Translations under genes and position numbers: made by a program
Assembly (NCBI GenBank): GCA_002633005.1
Contig: NMRA01000032.1
Span: 972,911-1,036,910, forward strand
Origin: Phoronis australis
Taxonomy: Eukaryota > Animalia > Phoronida
DNA length: 64,000 nucleotides
Reading direction: 5' to 3'
Shown here: positions 39,861 through 54,100 of the stretch, in pieces
Numbering within the stretch: the first letter of the stretch is position 1
Layout of the letters: every line of letters begins with the position of its first letter
Notes under the pieces: generated by a model
Databases searched by the model: none
What the model saw: the letters and a program-made list of their open reading frames with translations, nothing else
Told to the model about the DNA's origin: nothing

Positions 39861-42290
39861 GTAAGAAAAATTTTGAGTAGGTGATAGTGTGGCATAGCTT
39901 AGGCTTGGTTGCTTTTTTGCAGTTCAATAATTGATATTTTACGATTAAAGATTTCTTAAAAAATTCAAATTGACATTTTATGATTAAAGATTTCTTAAAA
40001 AGTTCAATCAGTGGAAATATGCCGAGTTGCATGAAACAAGCAAAACGTGGAGAATGCTTTAGAACAGCTTAGTTTGGAAATTGTTGAAGCTACTAAAGAC
40101 CTAGTCGTGTGTGATTCCAACAGTTATAAGGGTGTTAAAGTTTGTTATAAGAAGCCATCAGTATGTACTGTGTAATCCTAATGAAATCAGTGAGTGAAAA
40201 AGTCTTCAAATTAAAAATCTGCTCTCTTGGGGAAATCCAACATAGGTGTGCGTTAGTGCATTTCAGGTGAAGAGTGAACGCTAATTAAGTTAGGAAATTG
40301 CATTTGTTCCCATGCGAAACCAGGTTGCAAGCTGGTGGCATAGAGATCAGTAGATTAGCGTCTCCATTGTTCCCGATAATGACAAGCATTTATCGTTAAC
40401 TGTGTGATGTACGCCCAAGGTACCGTAGGAAAACTTGCCGGTTTAATACTAGATGAGAATTTAAGTTTTCGATGGCTTTAGTAGCAATCAATAAATGTTT
40501 CAATTAGGAATACTATTTATTTGCTTGCCACTTTTGTTGTCAAATTTCATACTAATTATGTAGACATTTGTTGTTTTTGGTGTAGTTTCGAATTGTTTGA
40601 ATTTCTAAATCTTTTAAATTACACTTACTAAAAATTTCAATGCATTATTCTTACCTGAGGATCGCTGAAAACTTCACTAAGGTGCTTAATGAGCCTCGGG
40701 TTTTTCAGTAAGTGTTTGCATAACCTTTCAATATATTCATCAGCTTGTGTAAGAAAAAATGTTAATGAAATGGTGGTTGCTTTTGAAGTCGGAGTCAAAA
40801 GGTAATTCAGGTAATTCAAAGAGGGGCAACTTTGCAATGGCGCCCGCCTTATTTTTCTCCTTTATCATTGAGCTCCAGGATTTATACACGAGAAATTATA
40901 AAATACTGCAACTCATTTGCAAATGATTTATTCCTGTGTTATCATGGCATGCTGACATTTCGCTCTTGTGCAAATTGTGTTTGGGTTTAAAGTTTTGAAT
41001 CGGCTGAACACAATGAGAAGATTTGTGCCCCCTGTGGCCATAGAAATGTCATGAGAGCCTTGGTTATGGCTGTTCTGGTCTGTGTGCAAATAGATTTTCA
41101 TGATTTGTGATCTTTTTTACTCTTTTCAATTCCTCAGTGTGCTTAGACTTTCCCAGGGAATTTTGTTTAAGCTTATTTTGAAACTAATTTATTGCTTTGT
41201 CGATATCAGTGACCAAATGCTTTCATCTCTTGAATTTGGGGCAACTTAAATAAGGTTTTTAGGTATTGCCACTTTAAATTGTGCTGCTGTTGAAATTATA
41301 TCAAGATAACCTTACCCCTCACCTCCTCACCCGCGAGTCTCATTCAATGAATACCTGGCAATCTCCAGTTTCTAGTGTTACCGTCTGAGCAAAAAATGCA
41401 GGGTGCTTTACTTACCTGAAAGTGTATAGCAGTTATTCTGTTGTACCTTTATTATAAACTCCTCTATGACTATTGATGTTTTCTAATAATATGTGTAAAA
41501 TCTGAGTTCTTATTTCAATGAAAATAAATAGGGACTTCAGTCCTTAACTAGAGGCATTGCATGAAGATTCCATCTATTACTGGGTATTGTTTGACTTCCG
41601 AACGCGTACCGAGGCCTTTACCCAAACTGACCATTTGGTGAGAGCCATCCTCTGACTTTTCAAAAATATTGTTCTTTAACATCCATTCTCAACGTAATCT
41701 CCTGCCCTTGATGTTTGAATTAACCAATTAAGTGCCCTGGGCACTTTCCCTGATAAGTCCTGTACTTGCCAAGTATTTTATAGCATCAAAAGAAACGTGT
41801 TAATATACTGATATGTTTTGGTCATTCACTTACAACAAAATTATTCATGAGGCCTAAGGCGATTAGGTAACCAACTTTCTTTGTAAGAGGATTAAGGTAC
41901 TGAGTTAAACTAATAATGTCAAATAAACATATCACCCTTTATGAGGATTTCATGAGCAACATTAACACAAATCCTTAATCATTTTGCTTGTCGTTTATTA
42001 CGGAAATCACGGAGCTATGATGGTAAATTTTCTTCCTAAACCTCAATCAGAGACACGAAGAATAATTTTCCTAAGCTAAGGCGATCGAAGCAATGGATTA
42101 ATGCGTTAAACTGTGTTTGCCTGTCGTGACGCAGTTTGTTGACACAGGTAGTGCGATGTACCAATGTTGTCGTATAACTGGACGGATTGCATTTAAACAT
42201 TTTAGTAGTTGTATTTGTCAGACTGTCTGTGAAAGCTGATAAGTTGAGAATGATTTTAGTGCAGATTGTGTTTTGATAACTTGTAATGAA

Positions 42291-42357
42291 ATGGGTGACG
42301 CGAACATTCATGGTGTACATACAAACATGTATCAAGGACGGTTGCGCACCTTAAGAG
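42291..42357 (+). CDS. Putative alternative first coding exon (MGDANIHGVHTNMYQGRLRTLR)
   Basis: gaaATGg start and GAG|GTAAGG donor, 67 nt, phase 1. Confidence 0.55.
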
Positions 42358-43456
42358 GTAAGGCTACTAATTAATTGTTGATTGGTAGGAAAGATTTTGT
42401 TTCTAACTTTTGGAATTGGAAGCAAAACCGAGAGGTTGAAAGCATTTCACAAGCTTATGAAATTCTGTTTAAAACAATTATTTTCTTCTCATTTTGAAAC
42501 CTACTTTTGACCCTCAGCTTTGAACCCTGGATGCAGACATAGCACCTAGGACAGAGGCTATGGTAATCTCTATCCGATAGGGTATCACATTAATTTTACT
42601 GAGCAATCTCCCAAAATTGTTTAAGCTGCATTTTGTCTAAAAACGAAATTGGGCCTTGTGCTCTTGTGAAATTAACCTTGCGCATTTCCTTACCATGATA
42701 GGATCATATTTCCATTACCAGCAAAAACTTTGAAATCATTAGCACCTCAAGAAACGGCTCAAGAGTTTGTATTGTGGTAGGCCAACCCTGAAATTGTGAA
42801 TTTGAAAATGGCTTGAGTTGGTGGGGAGATAGAATCGCGGTAAAAACTATTATGAGACCAACTTTATAAAATTAAAAGGCCTAATTAAATGTTCATTTTT
42901 GGACACTTTAACTGAGCGAAATGTAGCTTTGAACAAAATATTTTGTGTTTGGTGTCAATTCACATAAAGAGGGCTGACAAGCTCATATTTACGTTTCTTA
43001 TCGAAAACTTGTTACAGAATTCTAAGAAATTTCCCAACTTGCACTTGAGTCATACTTTCCGTCATCTACACAATGCTCATCAACAGCATTTGAACGCCAA
43101 TTTCAGTACATCTTGCCTGTAAGACAATCCTTCCGTGACTCCAAATTGTTTCTGGTCTGAAGACTCGTGCACCATAGCTAGCTAGCACAAGAGTGTTCCT
43201 ATAGTTTTAGTTCAGAATCTCTGTAGGTGCAGTGTAGGAGCCTGTTTGACTATAGGTCTTACAACCTTTTGATGTTAAGTCAGTTTTACATATGTAACAA
43301 CTAATCAGATATGAGATTAAAAACTTGTTTAAAATGAGATGTCAAAGTCAGGATAACCTCCACACATATTATGTAGTAGAACACTTGCTAGTGTTTAGGT
43401 TATAGAGCAAGTTTTAGACATTTTAGAGAAACACAAGTCCTGCGATGTTTCAGAAG

Positions 43457-43464
43457 TGATGATG

Positions 43465-43495
<31 letters not shown>
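43457..43495. repeat. (TGA/GAT)n trinucleotide microsatellite
   Basis: About 12 GAT units with one GGT interruption. Confidence 0.9.
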
Positions 43496-46400
43496 CCTGG
43501 GAAAATTTAAATAATAGTTGAGTGGATTCTTTGTATTTCAAGTAAAATTGAGTATTGGGAATTTTTTATTACTGGGTTATTGGAATTATTGCTAATGGTC
43601 TACTGCATGTCTTGGAAAGGAAAATTTTCTATTGCTTCATACGTTCACTTCAGCAATTGATCTTGGAGAAACATAAATGGCCCACTTGGGGTTGAATTTG
43701 ATACCTGCTTATTTGCATGTGTTATTGAGTTTAAATTGATTATTAATAGAATATATCATGTTACATGCCACCCGTTTGTGTTTGATACATCCCCTCACTT
43801 TAGTTTACCTTGTCCAAAAACTTAAGGGGCTTTGCTGCTACAATAGGGTCGTCCCGGATTACAGAGCGACACTCAAATCTCGCTGTATTTGTCCGCAATG
43901 TTGTAAACATTCACCAGGTACATTTGCTGCCTCATATTCAAGCCACTGGAGTACCACACGTTATTGTTGTTGTCTGATTCTTTAAATTTTTTCTCGGTTT
44001 CATTGCTCTATTCGCCCTTCCAACGTCAACAAAGTATTACTGCTGTGCTGAGGAATACAACTTCCGTCATGAGAAAGTTTGATAAATGGGACAAATACCC
44101 GTGGATGTGTGTTCTGAAATTCTTTGCCTTCCTGACATCAATGAGAGACACGAAAAGATGCCTGATTTTCAAAACGAGGTCACGCGCTCGCTTTCTTATC
44201 TCCGGGACAAAGGAGAGTTCTGTTTCTGTGTAATACGGGACGGCCCTATTTGCAGACCGTTTGTGATAATAACCTTCGCAGAATTGCCTGCCTGCATAAT
44301 GATTGCAATTTCTAAATGTCATTTTAGAATAAAAATAAATGATATTTGTAATGATAACCTTTATAATACACAACACTTTTGTGGGAATCTAAATGCTTTA
44401 TTTGCAGATATGTCAGTTATAACAGAGTTGCCAGGGTATTCGATGAATTGTGGAAATTCGGTTTATTAATACTGTTTGTAATTTGAAAAAAAGACAATTT
44501 CCAGCTTGGCATGCTCATATCAGGGCCAAGATCAGAATTTAATGTTGACATATGAAGTGTCTAGGATATTATTTAAGGCTGTTACAAGTGAGCTGAGTTT
44601 GATAATTAAGCACATGCAATTTCATAATGAGTGGAAACGTATGTGTGGATTCATCATTTCTTTGGCTTTCACTACCTTAAAGTTCACTGTACGAATTTGT
44701 TCACTCATATCGAGAACTGTCTTGCACGCTTTTCAAAATCAATAGACAATTCATTATTGATTTTGAAACTGAACTCTGCATACAAACACAACCTCATTCC
44801 GTTTGACTGACATTTGTTATTCAATATGTGTTTGAGATCATTGTTTACAATCAAGTGAATTGTTTACCATTGAGATCCCATGGCTTTAAGCCATTTAAAT
44901 GTTGTGTTTTTCAAATATCAAATTTTATTTGTATTGCTGTAATTGAGTAAGACTATGTGAAGTTGAGCATACGTGAGACAATTTTACGAAGTTCAGTGTG
45001 ACATGTAGTTTTATGGGCTGTTCCATATTCTTTAGGTAGCGCGTATGAGAATAGGGCCATCTTTTTATCATCTGGATAGATTGATGTCAGAAAGCTGGTC
45101 CCTAGAATAGGGGTCCGCTCTCGGGATGAGGGTGTCCCTTGTGACATGAGTATATCCGTATCTACAGACAGGACCATTGCAATAACGGCCCATTGTGTCT
45201 TGACTGATATGCATTGCATTCAGAGTCTAACCCAAAGACAATTATGCAGAGCAGCTGATCAAGACTAATGGCTAAAACAACGTTAGTGATATGGTGAATA
45301 GCATGTTGTGAAAATACAAATACAAACTGTGGATTATGTTTTGAGTTCAATTGCAGATACAGTTTGACATTTGGACCAATCACTGATCATGTAACCTACT
45401 GAGGAGATAAATTTACTCACGATATAATGCCACCTCCCAAAAATCAAATCCAAAAGGACAGAAAATTCTAAAGTGACCATATGTCCTTAAACTTGACTCA
45501 TAGATGTGGAGATCTGAGGGCCAATTGACCCCTGGCCACGTGACTAATTGAGAACAGGATTATAATTCCATGAATATGGCTAGACATGAATTTTTTTTCC
45601 TGGCTGTCTAGGGTTCATGATGTCCATGATTTTGAAACACCATTGAAAAGCATTATTATATCGGAACCTAGGAAATTGCCCAAAAATGTTCACGAACATT
45701 TAAATGAAATGAAATTTGGTCATGCTATTAATACTGTTGTTTTGCTACGAATGAACCTCTCTTTTTTGCTTTTTGCTAAATTTTACTAGAAACTAAAGAT
45801 CTCATGACCTTGTTAATGATAAATTAGTATGAAGTTACAGCAATCATCAAATTCTGCAAGCTTTCTACTTTTCGAAAAGATATAATTTTTCTAAATTAAA
45901 ATCTATAGTTTTCTAGATATTTGGCTTAACTCCTACATTAACCTTAACCTGAAATTATGGGAATGGTTTCCGAAGGAAACTTTCCAAAGTTTTACATTTT
46001 CTGACGAATTTTAATGCCTCAAGTAGAAAGAGACTGTCGGGATCAAAGGAGATTGCGCCATAATAAGTAACATGCCTTGTGCAAACACATGGTCACTTAG
46101 AATTGACTTTAGTATCATTTTTTTTTTAAAGTAGCATTTTGCATTTATTTAACGACCAGTGTTGAATTGCTAATCGAAGTGCTTTGTGGAATGAGTCGAC
46201 AACTCAAGTGACAGGCGACGCCTACACGCGCTCCTTTTGAATACACAATTTTAGGATTTTGGCCAACTCCTGCAAACTCTGAGGGTTTCTTCAATCGCTG
46301 ATGGAACATTATCACGGCATGGTATAGTAAAAGCCCAATTTTATGAGCCTGTCAGTCATGGTTTTTCTATTTCTGCGCAAGAGCGGAGTCGAGCCCAGGA

Positions 46401-47300
46401 TGTGAGAATTGCCGCATTTTATGCTTATGTAAACGCCTTTTGAAATTTGCATGTCATCCTCCCAAAAGTCGTGACATTTTTTTTGAATTAATAAAGGACT
46501 CACTTGTGAAATCATAAATGATAAAGATATGCTTACAAAGCTTCGTCTATGCACTCTGATTTTTTAAAGTGTGTTGACAGGTATTCTGAACTGACTTCTC
46601 TGACTCAGGACATGATGAAAAATCGAGTGTGTAGACAGGAGTTTAGCCTTTCTGGTATCCAGTTTCATCAGTTTTATTTGTTGGTATTTCTTACAATAAC
46701 CTATACATTCATACTCCTTCACAGCTCCCTATTAAGAGGTGTCACATAGTTAAGATTATTTATTTATTACATAATTATGACCCCCACCTTTATTTCTACA
46801 CCTCTGTGCTATACTGTCCTCATTGTTATTCCTCACGTAATCAGATTAACTCACAATGCTCACCATAGGTGGTGATACTTGCCTTCTCTGATTGAATCAA
46901 CACTGGGGTGTCTGCATTCCAGAATTTTATTCAGGCAAATGTCCTGAGGAGAAGGCTTGTCTCACACAGGTGCTCTAATATTTCACTCATTTGTTTATAT
47001 CTCCAAAGTCAAATCTAGATATTAATTCTAATGCAATTAACTGGCAAGTTCAAAAGTCATCTATTATCAGTGTGAAAATTCCTGTAGTAGTAAGTTTTCT
47101 GGTGGGCTTATCTATCCCAATGGACTATCTGGAAGCCGTGTTAAATTTTAGAATGGACTGGCACATCAATAGGTTCCTAAACATTGAAATTTAACCACAG
47201 CAGTCAGTTGAGACTTGTGGAGGGAAAGGCAATCAGCACTGCAAATACCATGTGTGGAATAAGTTGACCTGAACTGGTCAAACTTTCTCATTTGTTGGTC

Positions 47301-47364
47301 ATGGAGGGCTCAGGCATTCAGGGAACGACAGAGACAAGACACAATATTTACCTGAGAGCCAGAA
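47301..47364 (+). CDS. Putative alternative first coding exon (MEGSGIQGTTETRHNIYLRAR)
   Basis: gtcATGg Kozak-like start and A|GTAAGT donor, 64 nt, phase 1. Confidence 0.5.
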
Positions 47365-48485
47365 GTAAGTATTAAGAAATTTACCAAGACAGGTGCTTGG
47401 CTGCACAATTCAAATTGACTTTTGAACAGTTGGTTGTATTGTGCAGAGGCTGTATGTACACATTTGATGTTGGTTCAGCAAACTGGCCTCAGTGTTACCT
47501 TAGACCTTAAAGTGTGTAAAGGAGGGTGATATGTAAACCAAAGTTATTTCACTTTGAGCTGTGATTAATTGTTTTTTGATTTTGTTCCTGATTAAGAAAG
47601 TCTGGCCGCTTTCACATGGCGGGCGGTTGATAACCTTGTTATCTTGGAATTGACGGGAAAATCCCCGGTGTTAATTTGTGCTTGTTCCTTATGTAACGCA
47701 AAAATGTTTGTTGTGAGCGCAAAACTTAGGTTGTTTGTCTGCACAAAAGTTTTTGGGGACTGAAACCAAGGTTGAGACCTTTTGAGTTTGAGTTTTATGA
47801 TTTGGATCCCATTGCCAGTTGTTATACAAATTCTGAAATCCGACAATCTCTGACCACAGTTTGGTTACTTTGTCCTAGTTAAAATCAATTCTTTGGTGTT
47901 GAGTCTCCATCTTCCCGATGACACAACACCCTTAGTACTCAAGGAATTGTCAACAGAGAATAGCTAACATTGACAGTTATATCTTATCACCTCTAGGGAC
48001 TCTTTATGTACTTCAGTGCAATCACATCTATTTGGAAATGCATGAGGCTAGGATGATCTTTTGTTAATCACCATGTTTTTATTGTAGGATAATTCTACTT
48101 CTGCAAGCTCTGATTACTGCTGTAAGGAAATTCAAATCATACACTTATATTTGAAATGGGCTTTCATATGTGTACTGTAGTAATTGTTGAGATTTTAATG
48201 ACAGGTTTTGAAGAGCGGGTTTGTTTGGTGTAGTGAAGCGTGGGTTCAACAGTTCAGATTACCATTAGGGTCAGTAGAAAATTTATAGAAAATTTATTCT
48301 GTACATCCCGTCTGCAATTTGGCATACTTAGACAAAACTATATGACCAAACTAAAGGCTGTGATATATCAAATTGTTAGCCTGCTGTATTGTCTCTGATT
48401 GGGGTGATAGGGGGAGACTGTAACTTTCAGCCTAAACATACGTTGAATCTGACCCTGGATTCGTAGTCATTTTCTATGACGCTTA

Positions 48486-49064
48486 CCGTACTTGCCCTAA
48501 TAAGCGCCCATGCCCCTATAAGCGCCCCCCACGCGTTTTATGACTTTGCTAAAATAAGTGCCCAGTCCATGAACACCGCCGTACATGCGAAAAATGCTTT
48601 ACCTACAGTTCTAAAACTCTACAGCAACGTCTTCAATTTATAAAGAAGATTCGACAGTCCTGAAAAAATCATTGTGGGCGGAATTTGTAGACCACTAGCG
48701 GCTCGCCACTATGTCGGTATTTAGCTGTGACTATACACTTCAAACTTCCGCCGTGCTTCAAAAAGAACGCAAAAGTTTTGCTGATCTTGTGAGGGAGGTG
48801 TGCTATCATGGTCTGGCCTTTCAGAACAGACGCAGCGTACTTGACGACAGGATTGTATTGTATCTTTTACGTACAGATCTTCTCCCTCAACAGGAATCCA
48901 AATTTCTTTGTATACATGACAACTGTGAATCGAAGACTAATAAAAACCTTAAGACGTTTGTTAAAAGCACGTGGCTAAGATGCGCGTGCTACATACAAGT
49001 ACCTGTCATCGAAGATTAGTCTTAGGGAACTAGTTATTCATGAAACGGGGAGCATAGCATCGGC
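48486..49064. mobile_element. Truncated second copy of the HIRAN-carrying element, ending at an N join
   Basis: Same left TIR (TA|CCGTACTTGCCCTAATAAGCGCC) and near-identical internal sequence. It is part of the 47894-49064 duplicate. Confidence 0.7.
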
Positions 49065-49663
49065 TNTGGTGTTGAGTCTCCATCATCCGGATGACACAAC
49101 ACCCTTAGTACTCAAGGAATTGTCAACAGAGAATAGCTAACATTGACAGTTATATCTTATCACCTCTATGGGCTCTTTATGTACTTCAGTGCAATCACAT
49201 CTATTTGGAAATGCATGAGGCTAGGATGATCTTTTGTTAATCACCATGTTTTATTGTAGGATAATTCTACTTCTGCAAGCTCTGATTACTGCTGTAAGGA
49301 AATTCAAATCATACACTTATATTTGAAATGGGCTTTCATGTATGTGTGCTGTAGTATATGAATGTTGAGATTTTAATGACAGGTTTTGAAGAGCGGGTTT
49401 GTTCGGCGTAGTGAAGCGTGGGTTCAACAGTTCAGATTACCATTAGGGTCAGTAGAAAATTTATAGATAATTTATGCTGTACATCCGTCTGCAATTTGGC
49501 ATACTTAGACAAAACTATATGACCAAACTAAAGGCTGTGATATATCAAATTCTTAGCCTGTTGTATTGTCTTTGATTGAGGTGATAGGGGGAGACGTGTA
49601 ACTTTCGGCCTAAACATACCTTGAATCTGACACTGGATTTGTAGTCATTTTCTATGACGCTTA

Positions 49664-51133
49664 CCGTACTCGCCCTAGTAAGCGCCCATGCCCCTATAAG
49701 CGCCCCCCACGCGTATTCAGACTTTGCTAAAATAAGTGCCCAGTCCATGAACACTGCCGTACATGCGAAAAATGCCTTACCTACAGTTCTAAAATTCTAC
49801 AGCAACGTCTTCAATTTATAAAGAAGATCCGATAGTCCTGAAAAAATCATTGTGGGCGGAATTTGTTGACCACTAGCCTTGCCACTATGTCGGTGTTTAG
49901 CCGTGACTATACACTTCAAGCTTCCGCCGTGCTTCAAAAAGAACGCAAAAGTTTTGCTGATCTGGCGAGGGAGGTGTCCTATCATGGTCTGGCCTTTCAG
50001 AACAGACGCAGCGTACTTGACGACAGGATTGTATTGTATCTTTTCCGTAAAGATTTTCTCCCTCAACAGGAATCCAAATTTCTTTGTATACATGACAACT
50101 ATGAATCAAAGACTAATAAAAACTAGACCTTTGTTAAAAGCACGTGGCTAAGATGCGCGCGCTACATACAAGTACCTGTCATCGAAGATTAGTCTTAGGG
50201 AACTATTTATTCATGAAACGGTAGCATAGCATCGGCAAGAAATAAATACTGACACTTATTTCCAAAAGTTTCTAATACGGTGAAACACTTTTGCGTTATT
50301 TTTAGGGGGAAGTATTAAATTAATTGTAATTGTTGTTTTTAAAGTCAAAATGACCCACTGATAGTGAACACTTCTGCACCCTTACACCCCCTGAATCTCT
50401 CGAAAAATAACTGTTAAACTGTCACGCATCCAGTCACCCGGCGACTCAATATCGACCTTACCAAGACAATTCTCAAACGATTTGTAGCAGTTGAGATCAA
50501 CAAGTGCTAAATAAAACACCTTCTGCTTTACTGCTTGTGTTAATTTCTTTAGTTACAATACACACCTAGATCGGTTTACTCTGGCAAATGAACTCTGATG
50601 ACACGCATGTGCTCGCTCACTCACACATGCAGACAAACTTCAAACAAACATCACCTGACAACAACATGTGTATTCGTCCAGAGATTTTTCTCGTGTTGAG
50701 GAGTACAATCTAGTGCAGATTTGGACTTAATATCCAGTTAGTCCCGACTCCACAGGAACATAAAAATGTTAGGGACACTATTTTGAAAACTTAAGGAGGA
50801 CTTCAGGTAATTCTTTAAGAAAAAACTATATTTTTACTTAAAAATTTAAGTTGACCTATCGGCGATTGCGAGGCCGGGACGCGTCAGTCGGCGAGTTTGG
50901 GATTTTCTGAAAAATGCTGATAATTTAACAAAATTTGATAGCAATGTACTATAATTTCGTGAAACTTTGTCATAGGTTACAGATGCATCATTGAGTGTAA
51001 ATTTGATGAATTCTAGCTTAGGATTTCTCCTGTTCCTGAGACCGAGTTTCAACCACTTTGGGCTATAATAAGCGCCCCCCTTCCTGAAGCGAAGTTTTCT
51101 ATGCGCCCTCGGCGCTTATTTGGGCGAATACGA
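49664..51133. mobile_element. Non-autonomous Tc1/mariner-pogo-type DNA transposon with HIRAN-like cargo
   Basis: TA|CCGTACTCGCCCTAGTAAGCGCC ... GGCGCTTATTTGGGCGAATACGA|TA gives imperfect 23-bp TIRs with TA on both flanks. Subterminal ATAAGCGCCCC repeats are present and no transposase is visible. Confidence 0.75.
49797..50109 (-). pseudogene. Frameshifted HIRAN-like domain ORF inside the transposon
   Basis: Two overlapping frames, CHVYKEIWIPVEGENL.. then YNPVVKYAASVLKGQTMIGHLPRQISKTFAFFLKHGGSLKCIVT..QIP. These resemble the HIRAN pattern (G.HVYK..W.P..GE.L....N..D..AV.V....IGH.P). Confidence 0.65.
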
Positions 51134-54100
51134 TAGTTGGTTCTCGCTTCACGTGTTTGTCCAGTTTTCCACAGTGCCTTGATTCTATGAGATCCAACAA
51201 AACCTTTACACACTTTTGCGCATTTAGGGATTGATTCATGATATCCATTTGACATTTCATATTTTTGATGTTTGTAGTTTAACTCGATATACAACAGTAT
51301 AACTTGAAGCTACATTTTACATTGTTTAGCTGACTAAAAAGCAAGAAAACTAATGTGGCATTTTACTTTCATACTCTCATACTTTCTTAAATTGGTCTCG
51401 TAATATGTCATACTGTGATAGTATTCTCTTTATATAAGAACATTAAAACCGCCAGCCTCTGTGACTTGAATTGGTTACGGAAATAGAATCCTATCGTAAT
51501 AAGAAATATTACGAGACCAGTTTTATTAGAGTACAAAGCCCAATTTGACTTTCGTTTTTGACCAACTAAAGTGGCAGCAACGTGTAGCTTTAATTGGTAT
51601 GACAAACTAATTTATGATTATTATAAGCACTGCAGTAATGAGACAAGTGCCCGTTTCATATGGTCAGCATTGTGGGTAAATACCACAGAATCAGAGGGCG
51701 CTGGGGTATTTCGAGAAGTGGCAGGTGATTTATGTTTTTCTTTGAAATGCATAATTAGACAAATACCTGCATCAGTCAGTCAATAGTTGGTTGCTAATGT
51801 TTCTATGGCGATAAGTAAGAGAACTTTATTCTTTGCCATCTAATGAAGTGGTTGGGAGCACACCTGACGAAAATGTATAGGTGTTTGTCTACCCCTGGCG
51901 TACCATCATAATATTTTAATGATGCTAAGTGAATTTCAATCTGCATAATCATTACACGTTTGCATAATAAATGTCACAAATGCATGACCAAGGAATTCCT
52001 TCCTCATATTAATTACTGTCAATTACTATTCTGAACTCCTACACAAAAATATTTTTCAAGTCCCCTGCTATGAAGGATTGTAGTAAACATTCTTAATGGA
52101 AACATTTATGAAAACATAGTTCACATTTTTCCTCTCAGACCATTATTCCAGTATAATCACTTCTTGGTTTAATTGGTTGGAAAAGCTTTCTTTTATGGTA
52201 GCTATAATCAGGTAAATTCTGAAAGCCCTTACAAATGATCCAATGGCTCAATGGCTATTTGAGCATTGTCAATAATGAGGTTCTATATACAAGTGTAAGG
52301 CACTGTGGTTAGTGGACTAGTTCCAACAATCCTTAGGTTCCATTTCACTCATATACCATTGTGTCATAATATGAATTTCAATATTTTCCTACTGTTACGC
52401 CTATGAAAAACCTGCATTATAACAGGGAAATAAAACAGAGCGCTATTGTGTTTGTTTCTATTGAGAGCCTGTAATACCATACATGGCCTAAATAATAGCA
52501 TACAGGGACCAGCAGAGTTGGCTTGATGAACACTGGCTGAGTTTTGGCGTCCTTCTGAGCAGCGATGGAGGGGAGACTGTCAGTTCTCAACAGAACTTTA
52601 CCCAAAGGTTTGATTGAGCATGGCATTTTTAGTTCAGGTTTTAATTGAAGTTCAACCACCGTGTAGATTTTCCAAAGTTCACTTTTGATATTTTGGCAAG
52701 ATTTGACAAAGACTTGCTGTTATGGAAAACTGCTGGTAACAGGTTCTGTTACACTTTCTATGGCTGCAGGAGATCAGCGCAGGGGAATTTAATGACTGTT
52801 ATTTTGCTCTTATCTAACTCAGAGTGTACCCAGACCATGAAGAATGTTTTATGGTGTTGACTAGTGTTTTAATTAATTAACGATTGGGGGGGGGGGGGTT
52901 AGTGATACTGTAAAATTTGGAACAAAATTAATTTCTTAATTGGCCTTTTTGAATTTTTCAGAGCTTCTAGCGTTGTTGTGAATGCCCAAAATTTTTGAAA
53001 ATATTGATTAGCAGTAACTGTGCTGCAGAGCTTGAACGTGGAAAAACGTTAAATTGGTGGAGAACATCTCGAATGAAAAAATGAGAAAACAAAATTTCAT
53101 TTGTGTGTTGTATTGTTTCCTTAATTTATATGATTTTACAGTAAATTTGTGTATAAATCATGAGGGAAGTAGGCCAAATATTAGAGATTTTAGCTATCGC
53201 TGTTTATAAGTAACTTGCTTTTACATATTAAGTCTATCTGTGTGTTTTTCTTAAATTTAGACTAAAAAGCTTCATACACAAGTTATTCCAATGCCTGTAC
53301 TCAGGTTCTAATTTATCTGATTTCTAACTGCCCTCCCACAGGGACAATAGCCTCATTTTGTCAAGAACTCTTCTTCAGTAAGAATCCATCTTTCAGTGTA
53401 CCTAAATCTTAGAAGCTGGTTCCACCTTATTGTTCTTGTAGACATTTACAGTCTGTATCTTTGTGAGAGAGTGCTTGGTGGTAACTGGGTGAATTGTGTG
53501 TTAGGTACCCGTACCAGTCTAATCGTACTGGGGTCCCGTATTTTGAGAACCAGTTTTCTCCACTGATTAATGTGCATCAAGCTGGTTCTCAAAAATCCAG
53601 GACCCCCTGTAAGTGACTATTGTCTGCCTGATGATTTTGTTGTCCTTTCGAATTTGAACTATGTGGCGCAGAAATGATTGCAACTTGGTATGGAGCAGAA
53701 TTGAGAATCAACAAGATAAACTATTATGGGCAGCTTGTCTGTTTTGCTGAAATGCTGGTGTTTTCGCTGTTGTTTTAACCACTGAAACTGCTTGAGTTTT
53801 TGCCTCTCACGTAAGCTTAATATCAAACCGCCAGCAAAGGGCTAGCAAAAGTGACACTTTTAACATGTTCACATTGCTGGCAAAAACGTTAGCCTGTCTT
53901 ACAGGTTTTCATGGTCTTCTCTTCATACTGACGGACCAGTCTACACACCAATCTAGGCCATGATATTTCTTGTTGTGTTAATACATATCTAGCAACTGTT
54001 TTGATTGCTGAAGTTGGATTCACAATTGCCTTCTTTAAATACATGTAGCAACAAACACCCTCCCTTGTTTGTTTGCGCAGTTATGTTGGTACTTCATTAG

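Larger units (their letters stand above)
47894..50236. repeat. ~1.17 kb direct duplication across a single N (49066); probable haplotype overlap
   Basis: 47894-49064 matches 49067-50236 with scattered SNPs and indels, and the boundary falls at the N. Confidence 0.85.

Noticed and set aside
40759-40807. MLMKWWLLLKSESK with a phase-1 G|GTAATT donor as another first exon
   Set aside because: Weak donor, very short frame and AT-rich composition, so not distinguishable from chance.
48711-49019. Plus-strand ORF duplicated at 49863-50126
   Set aside because: Antisense to the HIRAN-like remnant, and the duplication is probably an assembly artefact.
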